From positions 17,057 through 81,056 of the forward strand of contig JBAXDH010000002.1 of NCBI GenBank assembly GCA_037141055.1: DNA of 64,000 nt. The letters are read 5' to 3'. The first letter of the stretch is position 1, and the number at the start of each line of letters is the position of its first letter. Positions 9,871 through 17,622 of this stretch are shown piece by piece. A model generated the notes under the pieces. The model searched no databases, was not told the origin of the DNA, and saw only the letters and a program-made list of their open reading frames with translations. Source of the DNA: a bacterium. Lineage in GTDB: Bacteria > Bacteroidota > Bacteroidia > Bacteroidales > FEN-979. The translations under genes were made by a program, and so were the position numbers.

Positions 9871-10734
9871 ATGCAACACCGTTCCATGCTCTCAAAACCT
9901 GTCCTGATTTCCCTGCTGATCCTGTTGCAATTGATGTTTTCCTGCCAGGGCGACAACGCGAAGTCCGACGCACACAAAGGACTTCCGGTAGCCGAAAAAA
10001 AGGGTACAAAACCGGGGTATGACACCATTATCCATGCGTTGCACCTGCTTCAGAAAGACCCGCTGCTCGAGAACGCATCACTCGGATATATGGTAATCGA
10101 TGTTACCAGCAAGGACCCTGTGGTCGTTGCCGACTACCATGCAAAACAACTCATGATCCCCGCTTCAACCCTGAAAATTTTCGTAACCGGCGCCGCGCTT
10201 GAGTACTTCGGGAAACCAATCATTCCTGAAGTTACGATTACAAACCAGATGAGCGTGAACTGGAGGTCGTCAAAACTGCTGAGGAAAATCGGCGGGAAAG
10301 TATACAACACACCCACAACCGCAGCCGGTGCAAAAGCCATCCTGGATTTCTGGACCACCAAGGGGGTTGATACCGAAGGCATGAATTTTTACGACGGGAA
10401 TGGCTTGTCGCGCAACAATGCGATTTCGCCAAAGCAGCTTGTGGACGCCTTGTATGCCATGAGAACTTCACCCTATTTTCAGGTGTTTTACGAATCTCTT
10501 CCGCTTGCCGGCCTAACCGGAACGCTGCATAAAGCCATGAAAGGCAGTGCCGCCGTCGGGAGGGTTCATGCAAAGACAGGAACAATCGGGAAAGTCAAAA
10601 GTTTTGCCGGCTATGTTGTCACGGTGACAGGCAGGAAACTCATTTTTTCGCTGATCGTCAACGATTATGATTGCCGCGTTAAATTAATGAAAAAGAAGAT
10701 GGAAGCGGTGATGATCAGTATGGCGGAGATTTAG
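9871..10734 (+). CDS. Compact S13 (PBP4/DacB-like) D-alanyl-D-alanine carboxypeptidase/endopeptidase lipoprotein
   Basis: 287-aa ORF with lipoprotein signal (LLQLMFSC). It has SxxK (ASTLK), SxN (GLSRNN) and KTG (HAKTGT) boxes in the order expected for PBP4. The spacing between SxxK and SxN is only ~81 aa. Confidence 0.7.
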   Translation: MQHRSMLSKPVLISLLILLQLMFSCQGDNAKSDAHKGLPVAEKKGTKPGYDTIIHALHLLQKDPLLENASLGYMVIDVTSKDPVVVADYHAKQLMIPASTLKIFVTGAALEYFGKPIIPEVTITNQMSVNWRSSKLLRKIGGKVYNTPTTAAGAKAILDFWTTKGVDTEGMNFYDGNGLSRNNAISPKQLVDALYAMRTSPYFQVFYESLPLAGLTGTLHKAMKGSAAVGRVHAKTGTIGKVKSFAGYVVTVTGRKLIFSLIVNDYDCRVKLMKKKMEAVMISMAEI

Positions 10735-11645
10735 CTTTTTTTTATCGGAAGCAACATGCTTACACGCTGCCGGTAGTTATCGTAATCTTTCCTGCGTTTG
10801 AGCATTCTTTTTTCGATCATCGGGATGCTGGCAAATATGAACATCAGTGTAATGGCCAGGGGCCCGGCGATAACCCACCAGAAGGAAGGGTTGGCGGCAA
10901 CGGCGAAAAGGTACAGCCCCCACCAGAACAGGATTTCCCCCAGGTAATTCGGATGGCGCGACAATGACCACAAACCCTTGTCCATTGTTTTCCCCGTCTC
11001 CCTGTTATGGGCGAGAAAATGCCTCATTTGCCTGTCGGCGGCCCCCTCCAGCAAAACAGCGCCGGCGGTAACAACGATCGCAAAAAGGTCGATGATGTTG
11101 AGTTCCCTGTACCCCTGCACAACTGCCACCCAAATTGACAGCGTTCCGCCGAAAACCATCAGTGCGGGAAACAGGTGAATCCCGCCGAGGCTGACAATCC
11201 AGTATGCTTTGCCGGTATTGGCGCGGAAATCGGCATAGCGCCAGTCTTCATGCTTCATCCCGGGCCAGCTGCGTAAAAAATTCCAGGTAAGCCGCACACT
11301 GTAGACCAGCGTGAGCAGGAACAGGATCAATATGCGCGTGGAGCCTGTAAAAAGATTATGGACCGCGAATCCCGGATCCTGCATCACCGGGGATGCCTGA
11401 ACGGTGGCTGCATAGTAAAACAACACCATCAGCGGCGGCGCAACACTCCAGTAAGGATCGAAAACGCTCGAGTTATTGAAAGCAAAACTGCCCGCATAGA
11501 TCAGGATCACACTCATTAACACCGCCACGGCCGATTCGAACAATATTCCTCCGCCTGAAGAGGCCCGCAACCAATAACCTGTGCCCATAGCCACAAGGTA
11601 CACACAAAATAATATTATCCTTCCTTTGGTCCTGTCATTCATCAT
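10731..11645 (-). CDS. DUF1295 / steroid 5-alpha-reductase-like polytopic membrane protein
   Basis: 304-aa hydrophobic ORF. The C-terminal block SLSRHPNYLGEILFWWGLYLF is typical of the DUF1295/ICMT-like fold. Confidence 0.75.
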   Translation of the reverse strand: MMNDRTKGRIILFCVYLVAMGTGYWLRASSGGGILFESAVAVLMSVILIYAGSFAFNNSSVFDPYWSVAPPLMVLFYYAATVQASPVMQDPGFAVHNLFTGSTRILILFLLTLVYSVRLTWNFLRSWPGMKHEDWRYADFRANTGKAYWIVSLGGIHLFPALMVFGGTLSIWVAVVQGYRELNIIDLFAIVVTAGAVLLEGAADRQMRHFLAHNRETGKTMDKGLWSLSRHPNYLGEILFWWGLYLFAVAANPSFWWVIAGPLAITLMFIFASIPMIEKRMLKRRKDYDNYRQRVSMLLPIKKS

Positions 11646-11682
11646 CTTTACGGGTATTAGTCAATTATCATATCGGATGGGG

Positions 11683-13503
11683 TTAAACAAATGATTGCAG
11701 TTCATACAATTTCCTGTACACCCCGTTTTTCTCAAGCAAATTATTGTGTGTTCCGCGCTCGACCAGCTCTCCCCGCTGCATAACGATGATTTCGTCGGCA
11801 AACTGGATGGTCGACAGGCGATGGGCAATAACGATCGAAGTACGGTTGCGCATCAGGTTTTCAAGCGCCTGCTGTACCAGCCTTTCCGATTCGGTATCCA
11901 GGGCCGATGTCGCCTCATCCAGGATGAGGATCGGCGGGTTTTTCAAAACAGCCCGGGCGATGCTGAGCCGCTGGCGCTGACCGCCGGAAAGTTTTGTGCC
12001 CCGGTCACCAATATTGGTATTGTATCCGTGCGGCATTTTTTCAATGAACTCATGGGCATTGGCAACCTTTGCAGCGGCAATGACCTCCGCCTCGCCTACG
12101 TTTTCCATGCCAAACGCGATGTTGTTGAATACCGTATCGTTAAACAGGATGGTTTCCTGGGAAACAATGCCCATCAGGCCGCGAAGATCATGAATGATCA
12201 GATCGCGAATATCCACACCATCAATAAAAATTCCTCCGCCTTTACAATCATAAAACCGCGGGAGCAAGTCAACCAGCGTGGATTTTCCCCCGCCTGAAGG
12301 CCCGACAACCGCAATGGTGCGCCCTTTGCGAATCACCAGGCTGACTTTATTCAACACCGGTTCCTCCGCATATGAAAAACTGACATCCCTGTATTCAATC
12401 TCTGTCTGAAACTCCTTCTTCCCCACAGCATCCTGTTTTTCCTCGATCACTTCAGGCTCTGCCAGTACCTGCTCGATCCGGTCGACCGATGCAGCCCCTT
12501 TCTGAATGTTGTAAAATGCCTGGGTAATGGCTTTGGCGGGGGGCATAAGCTGGGAAAAAATTCCAAGGTAGACCAGGAAAGCAGCCGCATCGAGAAAATT
12601 CCCGGGTGTAAACACAAGTTTTCCGCCGTACCACAGCACAATGGTGAGCACGCAGGCGCTCAGGAATTCACTTAACGGCGAAGCCAGGTCACGTTTCCGG
12701 TACAAACGGACCATCAACCGGTTATATTCATTGTTCGTGATGCGGAAACGGTTGTCGGCAAACCCGATGGCGTTGAATGCCTTGATAATGCGCAATCCTG
12801 AAATCGTCTCTTCGATCATTGAAAGAAGGATTCCCATTTTAAACTGTCCTTTGTCGGATGTACGTTTCAGGCTTTTACCGATCCTGCCGATGATCAATCC
12901 GCTGACAGGCAGCAAAACCAGTACAAAAACCGTCAGTGAAGGGCTGATCACGAATAGTGTAACGAGGTAGGTTATCATCGTGATCGGATCGCGGAACGCC
13001 ATTTCCAGCGAACTCATGATGGACCATTCAACCTCCTGAACGTCCGTGGTCATGCGCGCGATGATGTCGCCTTTCCGTTTTTCGTTGAAATACGACAGCG
13101 GCAGAATCAATATTTTAAGATAAAGGTCGTTACGCAGGTCTCTGACAACGCCGTTTCTCACGACTGCCAGGAAGTACATCGCCAGGTACCTGAACAAATT
13201 CTTCAGGAAATACAGCACGATAATGGTGATCCCGATGTAAACCAGCATTTTTTCTTTGCCGTACTGTTCAATCAGCTGTCCGCAGTAGTAGTAAAAATTA
13301 GCCTGGAGCACATCTATTTCGAGACGCAGCGGAGGAGCCGAATGAGGGATCACCATGCTGTGAAAAAGCATCTGCAGTACCGGGATGAACAAGGCAAATG
13401 AAACCAGGGAAAAGAGAACGGAAAGGATGTTGAAAATAACGTTAAGCATCGCATAAACCCAATAGGGGCCCGCGTAGCGCAGTATTTTGAAGAAGCTTTT
13501 CAT
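11683..13503 (-). CDS. ABC exporter, fused permease/ATPase (MsbA-like)
   Basis: 606-aa ORF with an N-terminal six-helix exporter domain. Walker A GPSGGGKST, ABC signature LSGGQRQR, Walker B ILILDEATSALD. Confidence 0.9.
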   Translation of the reverse strand: MKSFFKILRYAGPYWVYAMLNVIFNILSVLFSLVSFALFIPVLQMLFHSMVIPHSAPPLRLEIDVLQANFYYYCGQLIEQYGKEKMLVYIGITIIVLYFLKNLFRYLAMYFLAVVRNGVVRDLRNDLYLKILILPLSYFNEKRKGDIIARMTTDVQEVEWSIMSSLEMAFRDPITMITYLVTLFVISPSLTVFVLVLLPVSGLIIGRIGKSLKRTSDKGQFKMGILLSMIEETISGLRIIKAFNAIGFADNRFRITNNEYNRLMVRLYRKRDLASPLSEFLSACVLTIVLWYGGKLVFTPGNFLDAAAFLVYLGIFSQLMPPAKAITQAFYNIQKGAASVDRIEQVLAEPEVIEEKQDAVGKKEFQTEIEYRDVSFSYAEEPVLNKVSLVIRKGRTIAVVGPSGGGKSTLVDLLPRFYDCKGGGIFIDGVDIRDLIIHDLRGLMGIVSQETILFNDTVFNNIAFGMENVGEAEVIAAAKVANAHEFIEKMPHGYNTNIGDRGTKLSGGQRQRLSIARAVLKNPPILILDEATSALDTESERLVQQALENLMRNRTSIVIAHRLSTIQFADEIIVMQRGELVERGTHNNLLEKNGVYRKLYELQSFV

Positions 13504-13555
13504 TGCGGCAAAGATAGAATTTTAACATGAAATATTGCAGGTTTTCCAAAAAACG

Positions 13556-13587
13556 TTTAATCTCAAATAATTAACTACGTATATTTG
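13556..13587 (+). promoter_or_regulatory. Bacteroidota-type promoter (TTTA-N20-TATATTTG)
   Basis: The -7 box TATATTTG at 13580-13587 matches consensus TAnnTTTG. A -33-like TTTA lies at 13556-13559. It is 22 nt upstream of ATG 13610. Confidence 0.55.
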
Positions 13588-13609
13588 TATTCTGAAAAAT
13601 CTGTACAAA

Positions 13610-13957
13610 ATGAGAAATGTCATATCAATTCTTTGCCTGGTAACAATCGTGATCCTGGCGTCCTGTGCAAAAAGTTCAACAACCCCTGATCCCGGTACCG
13701 GGGGTAATTTCAAATTCAGCAACCTTGTTGCCGCCGATACGGTAATCAAGGTAAATGACATCACCACCATTTCCGCCACCGCCACCGGCGACGGGCTAAC
13801 GTATAAGTGGACTGCATCATACGGAACCTTTGTTGGCAGCGGTGCCACCGTTCAGTGGACGGTTTGCCACCAGGCCAAGTTCACCATTACCTGCCTGGTA
13901 ACGGATCAGTACAGCCACTCCGAAACAAAGTCCATCATTGTCAGGTCGCATAATTAA
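13610..13957 (+). CDS. Small lipoprotein with PKD/Ig-like domain
   Basis: 115-aa ORF with lipoprotein signal (LVTIVILASC). Ig-like repeat signature (ISATATGDGLTYKWTASYGTF...ITCLVTD). A TTTA-N20-TATATTTG promoter-like pair lies upstream. Confidence 0.5.
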   Translation: MRNVISILCLVTIVILASCAKSSTTPDPGTGGNFKFSNLVAADTVIKVNDITTISATATGDGLTYKWTASYGTFVGSGATVQWTVCHQAKFTITCLVTDQYSHSETKSIIVRSHN

Positions 13958-14957
13958 ACCGGCGCTGATCCTGCTTGTTTCAGCAGGTTTCCTGTTTTCC
14001 TCCACTTCCCTGAAATCACAATGCTGTTCGACCGGCAGTCCGGTTGGCGCTTCTGTATATGTAGGTGTTCTCGGCAAAAACTACCTGCGGGCGATCACGT
14101 ATTACAGGCACAGTTATTCCGATACCTATTACGAAGGGTCTCAAAAAACAACCGAAAATACCGATCTTGCCAATTCAAGTTACAATTTTGCCGGCATCGC
14201 CATTGCGTACGGGATTACCAAACGGCTGACCATCGAAACGGACGCAGGATATTACTTCGACAAAACACAGAACCATCATAATCCGCTTGTTCCGCAAACC
14301 AAGGGGTACGGCCTTTCCAACGGAAGTGTGACCCTGAAATACGGCATGTACATCAAGCCGGCCTCGCAGGTTGAAATCACGGCCGGTGCCGGGTTCAGGT
14401 ATCCCTTTACCACCAATCCGCAATACATCAACGGGAACCAGGTAAGCCGGGATCTGCAGCCGTCAACCAATGCCTTCGGCGCTTCAGCCATGCTCTTTTT
14501 CAACAAAGGATTCCCGTCAATTACCCTGAGGGTTTTTTCCATCAACCGGTATGACTATAATTTCCGCATGCAAAATGACTACATCCAGCATAGCGACTAT
14601 AAATACGGAAATATCCTGCTGAACTCGGTTTTTGTGTCAAAGAAAATCGCAAAGTATTTTTTCGGTATCCTGCAGGTTCGCAATGAATGGAAGACCAACG
14701 ACATGGATTTTGCCAACACCAACGATAACGGCGGACATGAAGTGATAAATTCCGGATTTGACCTTATCACCGTTTCCCCGCAGCTGAGTTACAGCTTCGT
14801 CGGAAAATGGAACCTGACGGTTCTGTGCGACATCCCGGTGTACAAATATTACAACGGGAAGCAAATGACTCCGAAATATTCATTTGCAATCAGTCTCACC
14901 CGCGATTTCAACCTCGGGAAAAAGCAGCCACAGATCAAGCCTGAGCCAGTTAAATAA
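13938..14957 (+). CDS. Putative outer-membrane beta-barrel protein, unknown function
   Basis: 339-aa ORF with a non-ATG (TTG) start at 13938 per the ORF track. It has a signal-like N-terminus, an alternating aromatic/polar pattern, and an aromatic-rich beta-strand-like C-terminal region (YSFAISLTRDF). It overlaps the preceding lipoprotein gene by 20 nt. Confidence 0.5.
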   Translation: MSGRIIKPALILLVSAGFLFSSTSLKSQCCSTGSPVGASVYVGVLGKNYLRAITYYRHSYSDTYYEGSQKTTENTDLANSSYNFAGIAIAYGITKRLTIETDAGYYFDKTQNHHNPLVPQTKGYGLSNGSVTLKYGMYIKPASQVEITAGAGFRYPFTTNPQYINGNQVSRDLQPSTNAFGASAMLFFNKGFPSITLRVFSINRYDYNFRMQNDYIQHSDYKYGNILLNSVFVSKKIAKYFFGILQVRNEWKTNDMDFANTNDNGGHEVINSGFDLITVSPQLSYSFVGKWNLTVLCDIPVYKYYNGKQMTPKYSFAISLTRDFNLGKKQPQIKPEPVK

Positions 14958-14963
14958 ATTTAA

Positions 14964-14996
14964 AGACCTTCCAGGGTTTGAAAATCTGGAAGGTCT
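14964..14996. terminator. REP-like palindrome AGACCTTCCAG-N11-CTGGAAGGTCT (copy 1); bidirectional terminator-like hairpin
   Basis: Perfect 11-bp stem with an 11-nt loop, between convergent stops at 14957 (+) and 15003 (-). A near-identical element lies at 16279-16310. Confidence 0.8.
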
Positions 14997-15002
14997 CTTC
15001 CG

Positions 15003-16175
15003 TTAGTTCTCAGCATCCAAAAATTCATCGGCATCATCGTAAGCCTCAAGTTTGCGGCCAAGCAGCGGGAGCACTTTCCCGGTGATCATGCCTGTTATGA
15101 CGGCAACCACAACCGTCACGAGTATACCCATGAGCTGGCTTTCCATGTGAAGGCCTTTGACGACAGGCAGGGCCACCAGTCCGCCCATTAACCCGGGAAG
15201 GCCATGGAGATTTGTAACTCCGCAGGTGTCGATGATCTTCATCAGTTTCTGCTGCCTCGACTGTATGACGGCAAATCCGAACGTGGAGAGGCCGCCTGCC
15301 ATGATGCCGATGATAACGGCCATGGTATGGCTTGCATCGGCGCAGGTTGAACCGATGGCAACACCACCGGCCAGGGCTGCATTGGCAATGTCGGCTATGC
15401 TGATCTTTTTCCGGATGGAAACGGAGACGAGATAGGTTGTGAGCGTGGACCCGCAGAGCGCGAGGATTACGTTAACAACAGTGTGTGGCATTTGTGCCGG
15501 TGGTACCAGTGCTGCGCAGAAACTCGGCCAGAATATCCAGAGCATCATGCTGCCAAGCATCGAGTACCTGTCGCTGGTTGAATCGGTTTCAATGGTCTTT
15601 TCAAACTCCTGTTTCGTAGTCATGGTAAGGGCAACGCCCAAACCGAAAATAGCACCAAATGCGTGGATCACGATCGACCCGCCGGTATCGACAACACCGC
15701 CGGCTTTAATCAGTCCAAGGCCTCCGTTGAGGACAATCCATTCATTCAGCATGTAGAATGGCACAAACAGCAATCCGAGCAACACATACTGCTGCATTTT
15801 AAGCCGGCCAAGAACCGCACCTGCCGCAATGAGCAAACTGGCCGCCCCGAATTCGGCAAGGATCAGCCTCCTGATTTCGCCGTCGGCATCCCCCAGGCCA
15901 ACCCTGTTGACCAGCATATAGAGCGGAAGGGATGTGCTTACCAGTAAAAAAGTTGCTGTCAGGGCCGAACGGCCATATTTCCTGACAAAAACCATTAAAA
16001 ATCCAAAACCGATCAGCAGCATCGCCATGATGTGAATGGCCCGGTTATACTGCTGGTCATCAATCACTCCTGAAGCGAGGGTATTTCCTGCTGCTTCAGC
16101 TGCGGATGCAATTACAGGAATCCCGGTGAGAATGAACAACATAACAATTAATTTAAAGTACCAGTGTTTTCGCAT
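15003..16175 (-). CDS. Rh-type (Rh50) ammonium/ammonia channel
   Basis: 390-aa polytopic ORF. Blocks IGFGFLMVFVRKYGRSA, DTGGSIVIHAFGAIFGLGV, LGSMMLWIFWPSF and NLHGLPGLMGG match Rhesus-family signatures rather than AmtB-type ones. Confidence 0.85.
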   Translation of the reverse strand: MRKHWYFKLIVMLFILTGIPVIASAAEAAGNTLASGVIDDQQYNRAIHIMAMLLIGFGFLMVFVRKYGRSALTATFLLVSTSLPLYMLVNRVGLGDADGEIRRLILAEFGAASLLIAAGAVLGRLKMQQYVLLGLLFVPFYMLNEWIVLNGGLGLIKAGGVVDTGGSIVIHAFGAIFGLGVALTMTTKQEFEKTIETDSTSDRYSMLGSMMLWIFWPSFCAALVPPAQMPHTVVNVILALCGSTLTTYLVSVSIRKKISIADIANAALAGGVAIGSTCADASHTMAVIIGIMAGGLSTFGFAVIQSRQQKLMKIIDTCGVTNLHGLPGLMGGLVALPVVKGLHMESQLMGILVTVVVAVITGMITGKVLPLLGRKLEAYDDADEFLDAEN

Positions 16176-16209
16176 ATCTTTTAGTTTTAAAGGAGTTGGA
16201 TAAGGGCGC

Positions 16210-16241
16210 CAAAATTATTGTTAATTTTTTCACCATACAAG
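16210..16241 (-). promoter_or_regulatory. Candidate promoter of the Rh50 gene (CTTG-N20-TAATTTTG on the minus strand)
   Basis: The reverse complement of 16210-16217 is TAATTTTG. The reverse complement of 16238-16241 is CTTG. It is ~34 nt upstream of ATG 16175. Confidence 0.45.
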
Positions 16242-16278
16242 AAATACTTATTTTTGTTACGTGGAATGCGTAACACAC

Positions 16279-16310
16279 AGACCTTCCAGGTTTTGATTCC
16301 TGGAAAGTCT
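16279..16310. repeat. REP-like palindrome AGACCTTCCAGG-N8-CCTGGAAAGTCT (copy 2)
   Basis: 12-bp stem with one mismatch. It shares the first 12 nt and the stem sequence with 14964-14996. It lies in the divergent Rh50/rbfA spacer, next to a second small hairpin gttacg-N7-cgtaac (16256-16274). Confidence 0.75.
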
Positions 16311-16328
16311 TGTCCACAAAATAATTGC

Positions 16329-16336
16329 TAACTTTG
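16329..16336 (+). promoter_or_regulatory. -7 box TAACTTTG 4 nt upstream of the rbfA ATG (possible leaderless transcript)
   Basis: The sequence reads TAACTTTG-tccc-ATG(16341). The upstream -33 is weak (CTTG with only 16-nt spacing). Confidence 0.4.
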
Positions 16337-16340
16337 TCCC

Positions 16341-16676
16341 ATGGAATCGACCCGTCAACAAAAAATATCACGCCTGATTCAAAAGGACCTGGGCGTCATT
16401 TTTCAGCAGGAGAGCAGGAACCTTTTCGATGGTTCACTGATCACCGTAACCAAGGTCCAGGTAAGCAAAGACCTGGCGATTGCAAAGGTGCACCTGAGCC
16501 TGTTCATTACCACGGACAAGCAAATACTGCTGGATAAAATCCGCCACCACGGGCGTGAAGTGCGTCACATGCTGGCACAACGCGTTCACAACCAGCTGCG
16601 GGTTATGCCGGATCTCCAGTTTTTCCTGGATGATTCGCTGGATTATATTGAGAATATTGACAGTTTGCTAAAATGA
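16341..16676 (+). CDS. rbfA: Ribosome-binding factor A
   Basis: 111-aa ORF. Its N-terminus (STRQQKISRLIQKDLGVIFQ) and size are typical of RbfA. Confidence 0.85.
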   Translation: MESTRQQKISRLIQKDLGVIFQQESRNLFDGSLITVTKVQVSKDLAIAKVHLSLFITTDKQILLDKIRHHGREVRHMLAQRVHNQLRVMPDLQFFLDDSLDYIENIDSLLK

Positions 16677-16679
16677 AAA

Positions 16680-16712
16680 GGCGGACAAGCGGACGGGCGG
16701 ACAGGCGGACGG
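16680..16712. repeat. Octamer tandem array GGCGGACA x4
   Basis: ggcggaca agcggacg ggcggaca ggcggacg g, starting 4 nt after the rbfA stop. Confidence 0.9.
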
Positions 16713-16752
16713 TTTTGCATTTTGAATTTGCATTTTAACTTTTGAATTTTTT
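16713..16752 (+). promoter_or_regulatory. AT-rich TTTGCATTTTGAA-family repeat abutting the methyltransferase start codon
   Basis: ttttgcattttgaatttgcattttaacttttgaatttttt ends 2 nt before ATG 16755. The 16-mer TTTGCATTTTGAATTT recurs, in gene orientation, just upstream of sufC (62851-62881). Confidence 0.5.
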
Positions 16753-16754
16753 CC

Positions 16755-17576
16755 ATGCAGTACGATCCTATTAAAAAAACCCTGGGAAAGGTCTTCAACA
16801 CAACACCATTTCTGCGGGTATTGTTTTACAAGCTGCTCGACCTGCTGCTGTTGCGCGCCTGGCATGTGCATGACGAAATCAGGTCATGGGCCGGATCCCG
16901 AAGCGGCAACCGTGCTTCGAAACTTTTCATCCTCGACGCAGGTTCGGGTTTCGGGCAATATACCTATTTTCTTTCCGGCCTCTCTCCAGCATGGTTTGTC
17001 GACGCCGTGGATGTAAAGGATGAACAGATTGACGATTGCAATGCATTTTTCACGCGGATCGGACGAAAAAATGTGCTTTTTGAAAAGGCCGATCTGACAC
17101 AATTCTCAAAGCCCGACCGGTTCGACTTCATCCTTTCCGTTGATGTGATGGAACACATCGGCGACGACGAAGCTGTGTTCCGTAATTTCTTTGATTCCCT
17201 TACCCAAAATGGCATGCTGCTGATATCGACTCCTTCCGACCAGGGCGGTTCTGATGTTCACGACCATGAAGAAGGAGAATCATTCATCGATGAACATGTA
17301 CGCGACGGGTATAACATCACCGAAATCCGGGAAAAGCTTGAACGTGCAGGGTTTACAAAAACTGAAGCGCGCTTTACATACGGAACTCCGGGAAAAATAG
17401 CCTGGAAGTTGTCCATGAAATACCCCATCCTGATGCTCAATGCCACGAAACTCTTTTTCATCCTGCTGCCTTTTTATTATATCCTCACCTACCCCATCGC
17501 TTTTTTCTGCAACTGGCTGGATACGAAAATGAAGCATGAGACCGGGACAGGGTTGGTGGTGAAGGCGTGGAAGTAG
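16755..17576 (+). CDS. Class I SAM-dependent methyltransferase
   Basis: 273-aa ORF with SAM-binding motif I ILDAGSGFGQYT and post-I/II acidic residues (DAVDV, SVDVMEHI). Confidence 0.75.
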   Translation: MQYDPIKKTLGKVFNTTPFLRVLFYKLLDLLLLRAWHVHDEIRSWAGSRSGNRASKLFILDAGSGFGQYTYFLSGLSPAWFVDAVDVKDEQIDDCNAFFTRIGRKNVLFEKADLTQFSKPDRFDFILSVDVMEHIGDDEAVFRNFFDSLTQNGMLLISTPSDQGGSDVHDHEEGESFIDEHVRDGYNITEIREKLERAGFTKTEARFTYGTPGKIAWKLSMKYPILMLNATKLFFILLPFYYILTYPIAFFCNWLDTKMKHETGTGLVVKAWK

Positions 17577-17590
17577 GTGGGTGGAAAGGC

Positions 17591-17622
17591 GTGAGTGGTG
17601 AGTCGTGAGTCGTGAGTGGTGA
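17591..17622. repeat. Heptamer tandem array GTGAGTS x4.5
   Basis: gtgagtg gtgagtc gtgagtc gtgagtg gtga, between the methyltransferase stop (17576) and the FtsX-like gene. The same family occurs at 38113-38136. Confidence 0.9.
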
